Shown: positions 51,647 to 61,599 of the stretch, in pieces
Layout of the letters: every line of letters begins with the position of its first letter
Position numbering within the stretch: position 1 is the stretch's first letter
Assembly: GCA_963745025.1 (NCBI GenBank)
Contig: CAVUWD010000006.1
Location: 32,001-96,000 of the forward strand
Reading direction: 5' to 3'
Origin: an uncultured delta proteobacterium
GTDB lineage: Bacteria > Desulfobacterota > Binatia > JACPRU01
DNA: 64,000 nucleotides
Notes under the pieces: generated by a model
The model's database searches: none
What the model saw: the letters and a program-made list of their open reading frames with translations, nothing else
What the model was told of the DNA's origin: nothing
Position numbers and translations under genes: made by a program

Positions 51647-52003
51647 TCACGCCGCGACCTTCGACTTGGCGAGCGCGGCGATGTCGGAGAACGCGGCCGG
51701 ATCCTTCACCGCGAGATCGGCGAGCACCTTGCGGTCGACTTCGACTCCCGCCTTCTTCAGCCCAGACATCAGGCTCCGGTAGGTGATGCCGTTCAGCCGC
51801 GCGGCGGCGTTGATGCGCACGATCCAGAGGCTACGAAAGTCCCGCTTGCGCACCCGCCGATCGCGATACGCGTAAACCAGCGCCTTTTCGACCGTGGAAC
51901 GGGCCTGGCGGTAATTCTTGCGGCCGCCGATCACTCCTTTGGCAAGCTTCAGGAGCTTCTTGTGGCGGCGCTTGAGCTTGGTTCCTCGCTTGGCTCTCGG
52001 CAT
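51647..52003 (-). CDS. rplT: 50S ribosomal protein L20
   Basis: [25 protein letters not shown]. Confidence 0.97.
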   Translation of the reverse strand: MPRAKRGTKLKRRHKKLLKLAKGVIGGRKNYRQARSTVEKALVYAYRDRRVRKRDFRSLWIVRINAAARLNGITYRSLMSGLKKAGVEVDRKVLADLAVKDPAAFSDIAALAKSKVAA

Positions 52004-52016
52004 GGGGGTCCTTTCA

Positions 52017-52096
52017 GAGGCTACCGACTACCGGCTACCGCAAAATGATTTCTCAACGTCTTTCGCGGAAGCCGGTAGCCGGAAGCCGGTAGTCGT
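52017..52096 (+). repeat. Inverted array of 7-bp tandem repeats (CGGCTAC family)
   Basis: GGCTAC CGACTAC CGGCTAC ... GAAGCCG GTAGCCG GAAGCCG GTAGTCG. Confidence 0.8.
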
Positions 52097-52100
52097 CCTT

Positions 52101-52298
52101 TCACAAGTACGGCAACAGACTCTTCACCGCCCTCTCGTTCGCCGCCGCGACCATGCCGGCGTGGCGCAGATGACGCTTTCGCTTTCGCGATTTGGTGGTG
52201 AGGATGTGGCGGCGGTAGGCGCGGCTCCGCTTCACCTTGCCGCTACCGGTGACCTTGAACCGTTTGGCGGCCCCCCGCTTGGTCTTCATCTTTGGCAT
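52101..52298 (-). CDS. rpmI: 50S ribosomal protein L35
   Basis: [21 protein letters not shown]. Confidence 0.97.
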   Translation of the reverse strand: MPKMKTKRGAAKRFKVTGSGKVKRSRAYRRHILTTKSRKRKRHLRHAGMVAAANERAVKSLLPYL

Positions 52299-52406
52299 CT
52301 CGTGCTCCTCACGATCCAGACGGTATTGAGTGAGCGGCCGGCATAAACTGGGGACACATAGCACAGCCGCGGCCACCGGTCAGCTCCATGCTATGCCGCC
52401 CGCCGG

Positions 52407-52925
52407 TCACTTTGGTACCACCATCATCGACATGTTGCGCCCCTCGAGACGCGGCCGCACCTCCTGCGTGGCGACGTCTTCGATCTTCGACATCACTAGA
52501 TCGAGCATCTCCTTCCCCTTCTCGGGATGGGTGATCGCGCGGCCGCGGAAGAAGACCGAGACCTTGACCCGCATGCCGTCGTCGAGAAAACGGCGAATGT
52601 GGTTCACCTTAAACGCCACATCGTGATCGTCGGTTTGCGACCCGAGCTTCACTTCCTTCACCACCACCCGGGTCGCCTTTTTCCTCGACTCCGCCGCCTT
52701 CTTCCGCTGCATGTAGCGGTACTTGCCGTAATCCATGATCCGGCAGACCGGCGGCACGGCGGTCGCCGCGACCTCGACGAGGTCGAGGCTTCGCTGGTTG
52801 GCGATCTCCAGCGCCCGGGCGATCGGCACGACGTTCTGCGTGCCGTCGACGTCGATCAGCCGAACTTCTCGGGCTCGGATCTGCTGGTTGATTCGTACGC
52901 TTGGCGTGGGCATTGGTCTCGAGAT
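52407..52925 (-). CDS. infC: Translation initiation factor IF-3 (probable ATC start; alternative ATG at 52913)
   Basis: RINQQIRAREVRLID, PPVCRIMDYGK; GGAGG lies 6 nt before an in-frame ATC. Confidence 0.93.
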   Translation of the reverse strand: MSRPMPTPSVRINQQIRAREVRLIDVDGTQNVVPIARALEIANQRSLDLVEVAATAVPPVCRIMDYGKYRYMQRKKAAESRKKATRVVVKEVKLGSQTDDHDVAFKVNHIRRFLDDGMRVKVSVFFRGRAITHPEKGKEMLDLVMSKIEDVATQEVRPRLEGRNMSMMVVPK

Positions 52926-52942
52926 GGGGCACCTCCTGCGGT

Positions 52943-54835
52943 TTACGACACGGGTGGCCTGGCTTCAGCGAAAACGCTCGCCGCGAACTCTTCGATCGAC
53001 ATCGCGGCGAGCTGCTCGCCGCTGCGAGCCCGCGGGGCGACCTTGCGCTCGGCCGCTTCGCGATCGCCGAGGATGAGCATGTAGGGGATCTTTTCGAGCT
53101 GCGCCTGACGGATCTTGTAGCCGAGCTTTTCGTTGCGGATGTCGAGCTCACCGCGCAGCCCCTTTCCACGCAGCTCGGCGAGGATCTCGGCGCCGTACTC
53201 CTCCTGTCGCTCGGTGAGGGTCAGCACCTTCACTTGCACCGGTGCGAGCCAGAGCGGGAACGCGCCGGCTGTGTGCTCGATCAGGATGGCGAGAAAGCGC
53301 TCGATCGAGCCGAGGAGAGCGCGGTGGATCATCACCGGCCGCTCCTCCTTCCCCTCCGGCGACACGTACGTGAGGTCGAACCGCTCAGGCAGCGCGTAAT
53401 CGAGCTGAATCGTCGTCAGCTGCCATTCGCGCCGCAGCGCATCGCGGAAGAGGAAGTCTATTTTCGGACCGTAGAACGCGCCGTCGCCGGGGTTGATTTC
53501 GAAGCGGAGGTCGTTCGCCTCGAGCGCCGCGCGGAGTGCCCCCTCGGCGTGGTCCCACATCGCGTCGCTCCCCATGCGCTGCGCCGGACGAGTCGAGAGA
53601 AAGACCCGGATGTCGTCGAACCCGAATGCGCGGTGAACAGCACCCGCCATCTCGATCACCTGCGTGATCTCCTCCTGCACTTGTGCGGGCGTGCAAAAGA
53701 TGTGCGCATCGTCCTGCGAGAACGTGCGCACGCGCGTGAGACCGTGCAGCACGCCCGACTTCTCGTACCGGTGGAGCTTCGAGAAGTCGGCGTAGCGCAG
53801 CGGCAGCTCGCGGTACGACCGTTTGGCGGTTCCGTAAACGAACGTGTGGCCGGGGCAATTCATCGGCTTCACGCCGAACTCGCGCTCGTCGATCTCGCAG
53901 AAGAACATGTTCTCGCGGAAGTTCTCGTAGTGGCCGGAGCGCTTCCAGAGTTCCACGTCGGCGATCTGCGGAGTGATCACCTCGCCGTAGCCGTAGCGTT
54001 CGTAGAGGCGGCGGATGAAGCCGATCAGCGCGTTGTAGACGGACGCTCCCTTCGGGTGGAAGAACGGGCTCCCCGGAGCGATCGCGTGAAAGCTCCAGAG
54101 GTCGAGTTCCTTGCCGAGCTTTCGATGATCCCGCCGCTTGGCTTCCTCGAGGAGCTCGAGGTGACGCTTGAGATCGGCGGCGTTCGCCCAAGCCGTGCCG
54201 TAGATCCGCTGCAGCATGGCGTTTCGCTCGTCGCCCCGCCAGTACGCCCCGGCGACGCTCGTCAGCTTGAACGCCCCGAGCTTCGACGTCGAAGGGACGT
54301 GCGGACCGCGGCAGAGATCTTTCCACTCTCCCTGCTGGTAAACCGAGACCGGGTCGTCGGGAATGCCCTCGAGGATCTCGACCTTGTAGGTCTCGCCCAT
54401 GGCGACGAAGAGCTTGATGGCGTCGGCCTTGCGCATCTCGTGGCGCGTCACCGTCAGGTTTCGCGACACGATCTCCTTCATCTTCTTCTCGATCTTCGTG
54501 AGGTCCTCTGGGGTGAAGGGCTCGGCGCGGACGAAGTCATAGTAGAAGCCGTCTTCGATCACCGGGCCGATCGTCACCTGCGTTCCCGGGAAAAGCTCCT
54601 GCACGGCCTGCGCCATCAGGTGTGCGGTGGAGTGGCGAATCACCTCGAGGCCTTCGGGGGAGTCGGGCAGGACGGGCTCGACCGGCGCATCTGCGGCGAT
54701 TGGCGTCGACAAGTCGATCAGCCTGCCGTCGAGGCGGGCCGCCACCGCCTTCTCTGCCGCCTTGCGGTCGCGCCGAGCGATCACCTCGCGTGCGGACGAG
54801 CCGGCCTCGGCAGGTGCCGTGACTCCGACCCTCAT
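52943..54835 (-). CDS. thrS: Threonine-tRNA ligase
   Basis: RHSTAHLMA, DLCRGPH, KPMNCP, MIHRA. Confidence 0.97.
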   Translation of the reverse strand: MRVGVTAPAEAGSSAREVIARRDRKAAEKAVAARLDGRLIDLSTPIAADAPVEPVLPDSPEGLEVIRHSTAHLMAQAVQELFPGTQVTIGPVIEDGFYYDFVRAEPFTPEDLTKIEKKMKEIVSRNLTVTRHEMRKADAIKLFVAMGETYKVEILEGIPDDPVSVYQQGEWKDLCRGPHVPSTSKLGAFKLTSVAGAYWRGDERNAMLQRIYGTAWANAADLKRHLELLEEAKRRDHRKLGKELDLWSFHAIAPGSPFFHPKGASVYNALIGFIRRLYERYGYGEVITPQIADVELWKRSGHYENFRENMFFCEIDEREFGVKPMNCPGHTFVYGTAKRSYRELPLRYADFSKLHRYEKSGVLHGLTRVRTFSQDDAHIFCTPAQVQEEITQVIEMAGAVHRAFGFDDIRVFLSTRPAQRMGSDAMWDHAEGALRAALEANDLRFEINPGDGAFYGPKIDFLFRDALRREWQLTTIQLDYALPERFDLTYVSPEGKEERPVMIHRALLGSIERFLAILIEHTAGAFPLWLAPVQVKVLTLTERQEEYGAEILAELRGKGLRGELDIRNEKLGYKIRQAQLEKIPYMLILGDREAAERKVAPRARSGEQLAAMSIEEFAASVFAEARPPVS

Positions 54836-54889
54836 GCGCGAAAACGAGCGGTCGACATCAGAAAGAAAACCAGGTCGGCACCGGGATCA

Positions 54890-54964
54890 TGGTAGGCACG
54901 GGCGGGATTGAACCGCCGACCTCTTCCGTGTCAGGGAAGCGCTCTCCCACTGAGCTACGTGCCT
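54890..54964 (-). tRNA. tRNA-Val(GAC)
   Basis: AGGCACGTAGCTCAGTGGGAGAGCGCTTCCCT-GAC-ACGGAAGAGGTCGGCGGTTCAATCCCGCCCGTGCCTACCA; cloverleaf with encoded CCA. Confidence 0.97.
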
Positions 54965-55024
54965 TCGTCGGGACTCGCGTGCGGTGCATCCGGTTCGCGC
55001 GGGATTGGTCCAAGTCAACGAATT

Positions 55025-55053
55025 TGCCTAGCAACGGCGCCCCATTGTGTCAA
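55025..55053 (-). promoter_or_regulatory. Putative sigma70 promoter for tRNA-Val/thrS operon
   Basis: TTGACA-N17-TAGGCA with a TGn extension. Confidence 0.5.
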
Positions 55054-55715
55054 GGCGAGTCTGCCCCCGTCCTGGAGATCTGCCGCGAGCGGTGCGGGCG
55101 CTTAGTCTGAGCGTACCCCAATCCGGTCGAGCCGCTTGCGCATGTAGATCTTCTCGTGGCCCGCTGGGAGTCGGCAACGCCCCAGCCGACTCGAATCCGA
55201 ATCGTTCGCAGAACCGCGGGCCTGGAAGCTGTGCGTGTCGAGCACGATCTGCGGGCCGCTAAAAGATCTGCCCAAACGTCACATTCAAAGCGGTTTCTGA
55301 GCGTTTCAGAGCGGCTCAGCTCTCCGCGCCTTATCGCCGGAACCCTTTGAAAAACGCGCAGGCGGCTTCGATGACGGGCGACGTGCGTCGCGGGCATCGC
55401 GCACGCGGTCGGCGTGGAGCGGCGGTCGCGCGGGTTTCGGGTTCAGGAGGTCGACGGGCGCGCTGGTAGGGCTCGGTCGCGTCGATCGCGAAGAGCGTCT
55501 AGCCGAGCGGGAGCGCCGCGAGGCCGAAGAGTTCAGCGACCAGAGCGACCGGAGTTGGCCGCGATGGCGCGCGCGTTCCCGGCGTGGGTTCGACGTCTGC
55601 GCTGAGAGAGACAATGATCCGAGGCCCGGCGTCGGATCACAACCCCTAGCGGTGCATCGAATGCCTGACCACTGTATCTTGCGCTTTTACGGCGCCCTGT
55701 CGTATCCTCGGGATC

Positions 55716-55895
55716 ATGCGCGCGAGCGAATTTTGGAAACTTCGGGCCGAGGCGGGATGGAGGCAGCAAGAGACAGCCGACAAGTTGGGGTCGATCTCAG
55801 AACGATCCGGCGCTGGGAATCTGACGCCGACCCGACGCCGTCCCTCCGATTGCCGAGCGCCTGTTCAAAGTGCTCACCGACCGGCGCCTGATGGC
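55716..55895 (+). pseudogene. XRE-family HTH regulator with frameshifts
   Basis: MRASEFWKLRAEAGWRQQETADKLG / VDLRTIRRWES / AVPPIAERLFKVL in successive frames. Confidence 0.65.
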
Positions 55896-56182
55896 CGCCG
55901 CGTTCGGCGCTCACGACCCCACCCGCTGGCGGAAAATCCGGGGCTAGGTCCGCCGAAGCCCGCTTACCCGCGAGCGCCCGAGCGCCCCTTGCGCACCGCC
56001 GCCGAGCTGAACGATCCCTGCGACCCCGCCAGTTACGACGCGAGGGTGCGCGCCGTGAGGCGGCGCGGGTCGCCTCAGCCGAAGGTCGCGGCGCGGCGAG
56101 AGGTAGACCCGCTGGACCCGATCGACCCCGATTCATACGGCGCCCGCGTGAAGGCGCTGCGTGCGTGTAGGGAGGGTGACGA

Positions 56183-56527
56183 ATGAAGTTCGACGATCAG
56201 CCGCTCACGTACTCCGCCGAAGAGATGCGACAGCTCGCCGACTCCGAACTGGCGAAGGCGTGGCGGCTCGAGCAGGTCGAGCGCTCAGCAGCGCGGCGTG
56301 CGCTTGCGGAACGTGCCGAGCATCTGCGCGTCCAGCGGCACCGGATCGAAAGCGAACGGCAAGAGGCTCGTCTTCGAGCTGCTCGGCTCGAAGAGGACTT
56401 CGACCGACAGTTCGCTGAGCTTGCCGCCGCCGAGAAGCAGCTCGCCGACGACCGATCGAGCTTCGAGCGCGAGCGCGTGGAGCCGGTCGGCGCAGCAGAG
56501 CCGCCGCGAGCCGAAGTGGAGCCGTGA
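56183..56527 (+). CDS. Hypothetical coiled-coil protein
   Basis: SD GGAGG before ATG; helical E/R-rich sequence. Confidence 0.55.
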   Translation: MKFDDQPLTYSAEEMRQLADSELAKAWRLEQVERSAARRALAERAEHLRVQRHRIESERQEARLRAARLEEDFDRQFAELAAAEKQLADDRSSFERERVEPVGAAEPPRAEVEP

Positions 56528-56989
56528 ATTGAAGATCGACGATCCGCACGGGCGTTTCACCGCCCACTCCCGGTCGATTGCCGAGCGGCGGCGGTGCGGT
56601 CTGCCGCTCGGATTCTTCCCCGATGAGGGGTCGGATCTCCCGGTGCGCCAGGGCCTCACGCGTCGCCCGAGGGGCCGGGATCTGCGCAAGCGGTGGCGGA
56701 CTGAGGCGTGACCGTCACCGGCCTCTTGCTTCGCCGCGCGACGCGGGGCGTGGCCGATGCTTCCACGAGCCCGCGTTGTGCTCTTGTGCGGTCGACGGCG
56801 TGCGGTCGGGGCATTGGGCTCCGATCGTGCGCCTTCGACGATGAGGTTGGGATGAGACGGGACCGTCCCCGTCTTTTCCCCGCCTCGTCTTTGACGATGA
56901 GGTGATCGCTGAAGCGCGACGGCCAAGCGACGCGGCGGCGTGAGCAGGAGCGGCGCGACGTGCCGCCGCGAAACGAGCCGCAAAAGTCC

Positions 56990-57412
56990 TTACTGGACCC
57001 GGCAAGGCCCCCTGGACGTGACTTGGCCATCTGGTCCAAGCCGTATGCCGCAGACGTAAACGAACGTCGCGCCATTCCCCCGACAAGTGAATTCCACGTG
57101 CTCAATGGTGTTCAGCGGCCCGTCCACGCTCCCCGCGAAGTGGTCTGTGCTGCGACCACGACCGAGCACCTTTCCGGTCGCGTCGAGCTTGTCGATGCTC
57201 GAAAGTGTCAACCGATACTCAATATGACCATCGGGCCATGTCTTCGAAATGAAGTCCTCCGTCAGGTACATGGTCGCTGGAGCGGGCGAGCACACGCCGG
57301 TCGCGTCCAATGTGAAGTCGAGGGTTCCAGAGACTTCACTCACGGGTGAGGCCTTCGCTGGCATCGATGCAAACAGGGCGAGTAATGAGAATGAAAGAAC
57401 AAACTTATTCAT
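56990..57412 (-). CDS. Hypothetical secreted protein, lower GC than flanks
   Basis: MNKFVLSFSLLALFASMPAKA signal peptide; beta-rich body with four Cys. Confidence 0.65.
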   Translation of the reverse strand: MNKFVLSFSLLALFASMPAKASPVSEVSGTLDFTLDATGVCSPAPATMYLTEDFISKTWPDGHIEYRLTLSSIDKLDATGKVLGRGRSTDHFAGSVDGPLNTIEHVEFTCRGNGATFVYVCGIRLGPDGQVTSRGPCRVQ

Positions 57413-57584
57413 GTGAGGTTTCTTAGTCCCAATACTGGACCCTGTCACTCGGACAATAGCCCGTACAGTAAGGGGAAACACCCACGCGCGCCGCAAAGCC
57501 CAGCTTCCCACGCGCGCGAGGAGATCTCCGCGATCGAAGCGCCGAGATCGCGCCATCAGAAGAGAAGCAGAGCGTCAGCGCGAC

Positions 57585-58073
57585 GTGAGGCGCGAGCTGC
57601 GCCGCGGTCACTTCGCTTCGAACGCCGCCCCCGTGACGCTCGGCGAGAACGGCGGCGAGCACGGTGAGCACCGCGAGCGCTACTGGGAGCGGCGGTCAAG
57701 CCTGCCGCCCGCGCCGTCGACCCTCTTCACGCCGCTCGCGGTCGTGCCGCCTGCTCCGCGTGGCGCGCCTCGAACGGGGGCGCGCGCTCTACTCGTGGCG
57801 ATCGTGCAGGACGCCGTCGACCTAGTCACGCATCGCGTCGTCGCCCCGCCCGCCGAGATCCGAGCGGCGCGCGGCTGGATCGCAGCGGGCGACGTGGGGG
57901 TCGTGAGCTTCGACGGCTGTTGCTTCGCGCTCGAATGGGAAAGGCGCCATAGTCGTCGTCAATCTCACCGTGGTAGCGGTGACCTTCACCGTCCTAGAGG
58001 TCAGCATCGGTGGGAGCCTGTTCGGTTGGGCTCGAATCGCTCTCCCCGTCCTCATCGGCGAGGAGAGGGGTAG
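57585..58073 (+). CDS. Hypothetical protein or fragment
   Basis: Only the core RALLVAIVQDAV...AARGWIA...SFDGCCFAL looks protein-like; boundaries uncertain. Confidence 0.35.
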   Translation: MRRELRRGHFASNAAPVTLGENGGEHGEHRERYWERRSSLPPAPSTLFTPLAVVPPAPRGAPRTGARALLVAIVQDAVDLVTHRVVAPPAEIRAARGWIAAGDVGVVSFDGCCFALEWERRHSRRQSHRGSGDLHRPRGQHRWEPVRLGSNRSPRPHRRGEG

Positions 58074-58231
58074 CGATGAACGCGAACCAACCAAGCAAGG
58101 CAAGCGCGGCGGCGCAGCGGAAGGTCATGTCTCTTCAGCCGCGAGCATAGCACTGCATGCCGATGCGCTGGAGCTTCTTGAGCGGCTCGCGCGCGTGGGC
58201 TGGGGTGGCGGGCGATCCTCTCGCCCCGTCT

Positions 58232-58552
58232 CTAGCGGTCATCCCCCCGACATCGCACTGCGCCACGCGCCGTCGCCTCGCTCTCCGCGCGCTCGAGTAG
58301 GCGTGTGCCGAGGCGCTTGCCGCGCCAGGCTTCGTGCACCCACAGGAGCTTGATCTCGCAGCATCCGCCCCACGTCCAGCCATAAAGACCGCCGATCGTC
58401 TGACCGCCCGCGTCACGGGCGAAGATCCCGAGGAGTCGCCCGTCGTCGATGCCAGTGCGCCTCGCATTGAACTCGTAGAGACAATCGTCGAGGAGCTGAA
58501 CGTCGTCCCTGCTCGGCGCGTCGGTAACCGAGAGATCGACCAGCTCGCTCAT
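58232..58552 (-). pseudogene. 3'-truncated GNAT acetyltransferase
   Basis: IGGLYGWTWGG, LWVHEAWRGKRLGTRLL...ATARG, then no final strands. Confidence 0.7.
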
Positions 58553-58673
58553 GGCCCGCGTCTAGTCGATAGGGCCCTTCCCATCAAGAGACGCGACGAG
58601 GTTCTTCCCCGCTCCGAGTGCCGGCCGAAGCCGAGCGGCACGTAAAGGAGATGTGCCGCGAACGCGAGCGCCG

Positions 58674-59909
58674 CTAAAAGATGTGCCCAAACGTCAGGTA
58701 GACGAGCCCCGTCTCCTCATTGCTGAAGCCGACGTCGATACGGGCCAGGATGGCCTCACCGAGCGCGATTCGAACCCCGCCTCCGTAGCTGTAACGGAAC
58801 TGCTCGAACACGCTTGGCAGAAGGTCGCTGTTCACTTCGAACTGGCGGCTCAGATCCGATTCGTTGAGGAAGACGCGCCCCATGTCGCCGAACGCCACGC
58901 CGTCGATGCGCACGCGCCAGATGTCGTAGAAGTCGAAATCGAGGAGCTTCAGGCGGTACTCGCCGTTGATCATCACCCGGCTTTGGCCGAGGAAGCGATC
59001 CTCCCAAAAGCCGCGGAGATTCTGTGCCCCGCCGAGCGAGGCATCTTCGTAGAAGGGAACCTCGCGGGACCCGGCATCGATGTACTCGCCGCCGACGCGC
59101 AGGCCGAGCACCTGGCGGCGCGTCAGCAGTGGGTAGAGATAGCTCGCATCCAGAATGTAGCGCGTGTACTGGAATTCGCTGCCGAGAGCGTGCCCAACGT
59201 GTTGGACCTTGAGGATCAGGTTCCAGCCGCGCGTCGGGCGCGTGATCTCCTCGCGGTTGTTGTAGACGACCGAGAACGCGATCGGGTTGGTGTAGCCGCC
59301 GTGGATGCCGACGAGGTCCGGAAAGGCGGACGCGGTCGAAGGCGTCGAATCCTCGAGGCGGCCAGTGGTGATCTGAACGTTGGTGACGCCCGCGGTCAGC
59401 GCCAATGTGAGCCGCGGCAGCGGCCGCACCGCGAGCGTAGCGAGCCCGGAGAAGAGGCGATATCCGTTGGTCGACGCGGGATCCGGACCGACGTCGTTGT
59501 TGCCGAGCCCGAAGAACTCCTTCGTCGGGTCGTAGAGGTATTCGCCCTCGAGGGCGGCGATCACCGTGTCGTCGAAGAAGTGGGGCGCAACCACCGCCAC
59601 TCGCACATTTTGCTGGAGCTCCACGGCGTAGTTGCCCTCCACGTCCAGCGTCAGGCGCTCGGACGTGGCATTTCGGTCGGTAAACTTGACGCCTGCGTTG
59701 ATCCCCTTGGAGGGACTGTAACCGATCTGCGGCAGGATCGCCCAAGTCTGGCTTCGTGGGATCTCGCCCTGCGCCTTCATCGCCGATTGCTGGATCACGT
59801 TCGTGAGAAGGCTCTCCGTGTCCAGGTTTTCTCTTGCGCGCGCAGGCCACGGCGAGACGAGAACTCCGGCAACGAGAAGTGCTCGCAGGATCGACCATCG
59901 GGAGATCAC
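58674..59909 (-). CDS. BamA/TamA-family outer-membrane beta-barrel protein
   Basis: Signal peptide, LGGAQNLRGF loop motif, YGGGVR, terminal FGHIF; GTGA overlap with the MFS gene. Confidence 0.85.
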   Translation of the reverse strand: MISRWSILRALLVAGVLVSPWPARARENLDTESLLTNVIQQSAMKAQGEIPRSQTWAILPQIGYSPSKGINAGVKFTDRNATSERLTLDVEGNYAVELQQNVRVAVVAPHFFDDTVIAALEGEYLYDPTKEFFGLGNNDVGPDPASTNGYRLFSGLATLAVRPLPRLTLALTAGVTNVQITTGRLEDSTPSTASAFPDLVGIHGGYTNPIAFSVVYNNREEITRPTRGWNLILKVQHVGHALGSEFQYTRYILDASYLYPLLTRRQVLGLRVGGEYIDAGSREVPFYEDASLGGAQNLRGFWEDRFLGQSRVMINGEYRLKLLDFDFYDIWRVRIDGVAFGDMGRVFLNESDLSRQFEVNSDLLPSVFEQFRYSYGGGVRIALGEAILARIDVGFSNEETGLVYLTFGHIF

Positions 59910-61167
59910 CTCGCCTCCCTTGCGAGGCGGGCAGGGGAACCGCGGATACCCGAGATGCATGCCGCCGCGATGACCGTCGTCAGCAGCACGAGACCGAAGG
60001 CCGTCTGGTAGCCTCCGGTCCGATCGTGAATCCAGCCCACGAATGGGACGCCGAGCGCCTGGAGCGTGACGATCACCGGCGTCATGCGACCGGCGATCGC
60101 GCCGTAGTGCACACGGCCGAAGGACTCGCCGATCACGGTGGCTTGCAGCGTGGCGTTGCCGCCCATCGCATAGCCGTAGAGCACGACGTAGAGGACGAGC
60201 ATGGCAGGGGAAGTGGCGAAGAAGAGCAAGCTCACGCCGAGCGCCTGGAGGCTGAAGCAGAAGAGGATCACCCGCCGCTGATCGAGCCGGTCGATCAAGG
60301 TTCCGAAGCCGAGCTTGCCGATCACCCCGACCGCGGCCGTGCCGCCGAGCACCCACGAGGCCAGCGCGGGCGACGCGCCCTGGTCGAGGAGATAGGGAAT
60401 CTGATGGATGAGGATCGCCGAGAGGCCGCTCACGGTGAGCCCGAAGGCGATGGCGATCAGCCAGAAGTCACGGCTGCGGACCGCCTGGCTCGGCGAGATC
60501 GATCGCTCGAGTTCGCGCTCGACGAGGCCGATGTTCCGCTCGCTGACCCGGAACGGCTCTCCGTCCGGGCGCAGACCCATCGACTCGGGAGAGCGGCGCA
60601 TCCAGAGCGCTACCGGCGGCATGCCGCAGCCCACCACTATCGCCGCGAGCCCGAGAAACGCGCCCCGCCAGCCGAACCGATCGATGAGCAGCTGGGTCAG
60701 CGGTACGAAGATCACGCCGCCCATCGAGATGCCGGCGGTCGAGATGCCGAGGGCCGTACCGCGCCTTGCCAGAAACCAGCGGGCGACGGCCGTGTTGCTC
60801 GACACCGGCCCGAGCGCCGCCGAGCCGAGGGCCACGAGCAGTCCCATCGTCAGGTAGTACTGCGCGAGCGAGCGCGTGGCGGCGAGAACCACGTAGCCGA
60901 CACCGAGCACCGCCGCGCCGAACAACTGTACGGGCCGCGGTCCGTAGCGATCGACGAACCGCCCGAGCACGATCGCATAGAAGGCGCCGAGCACCGTCGC
61001 GAGCGAGAAGCCCCATGACGTCTGTGCGCGCGTCCAGCCGAAGTAGAGCGAAAGCGGACGGAAGAAGACGGCGAAGCCGTAGAAGACCGTGCCGACGTTC
61101 AAACAGTGAGTGATGAAGCAAATCGCAACGATCCTCCACCCGTAGAAGATGCGTGGGGACGTTTCAC
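59906..61167 (-). CDS. MFS transporter (probable indel just after GTG start)
   Basis: RIFYGWRIV, GRFVDRYGPR, WFLARRGTALG; no ATG/GTG/TTG in frame above FYGW, and GTG 61167 is out of frame. Confidence 0.82.
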
Positions 61168-61286
61168 GCTTCCTTCGCTCTTCCAGGGCCCTGGACCTTG
61201 CTCAGCCTCGACCGGCCGAGGAGAAGCGCGACGGATGCTCCCCCATCGTCGACTCGGGGTTACGGCTACGGACGCAGCGTCGGCAC

Positions 61287-61520
61287 ATGCAGCAGGCGGA
61301 TTATCCGATTCTGGTGGGCTTTGGCCAGATCACACAGAACAGCGACGATCCGCTGAAGGCTCTCGAGCCGATCGCGCTCGCCGCGTCGGGCGGAAGCGGA
61401 TGCGGGCAAGGCGCTTCTCGCGCACGTCGACTCGGTGCGGGACCTCGCCACGACCGGGTCACCGATGTGCTTCGGTGATCCCGGGAGCAATCATCCGCTG
61501 CCCGAGATGATCGGCGCTCC
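61287..61520 (+). pseudogene. Decayed acetyl-CoA acetyltransferase-like N-terminus
   Basis: YPILVGFGQITQNSDDPLKALEPI ... ALLAHVDSVR. Confidence 0.55.
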
Positions 61521-61599
61521 GGGCCGTGTCGAGAGCGGGAGCGGTGATGCCGCGACGAATCTCTGGCAGCCCGCCGGAGGAGTCGACTATAGTCCGCGG

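Larger units (their letters stand above)
55255..58696. mobile_element. Defective genomic islet bounded by a 27-bp direct repeat
   Basis: GCCGCTAAAAGAT(C/G)TGCCCAAACGTCA at 55255-55281 and 58670-58696; the second copy is the 3' end of the BamA/TamA-family gene. Confidence 0.75.

Noticed and set aside
58229-58248. Possible sixth repeat copy (TCTCTAGCGGTCATCCCCC) at the GNAT truncation point
   Set aside because: Only about 13 of 19 positions match and the TATGTAGCTTTCC core is missing; suggestive but not countable.
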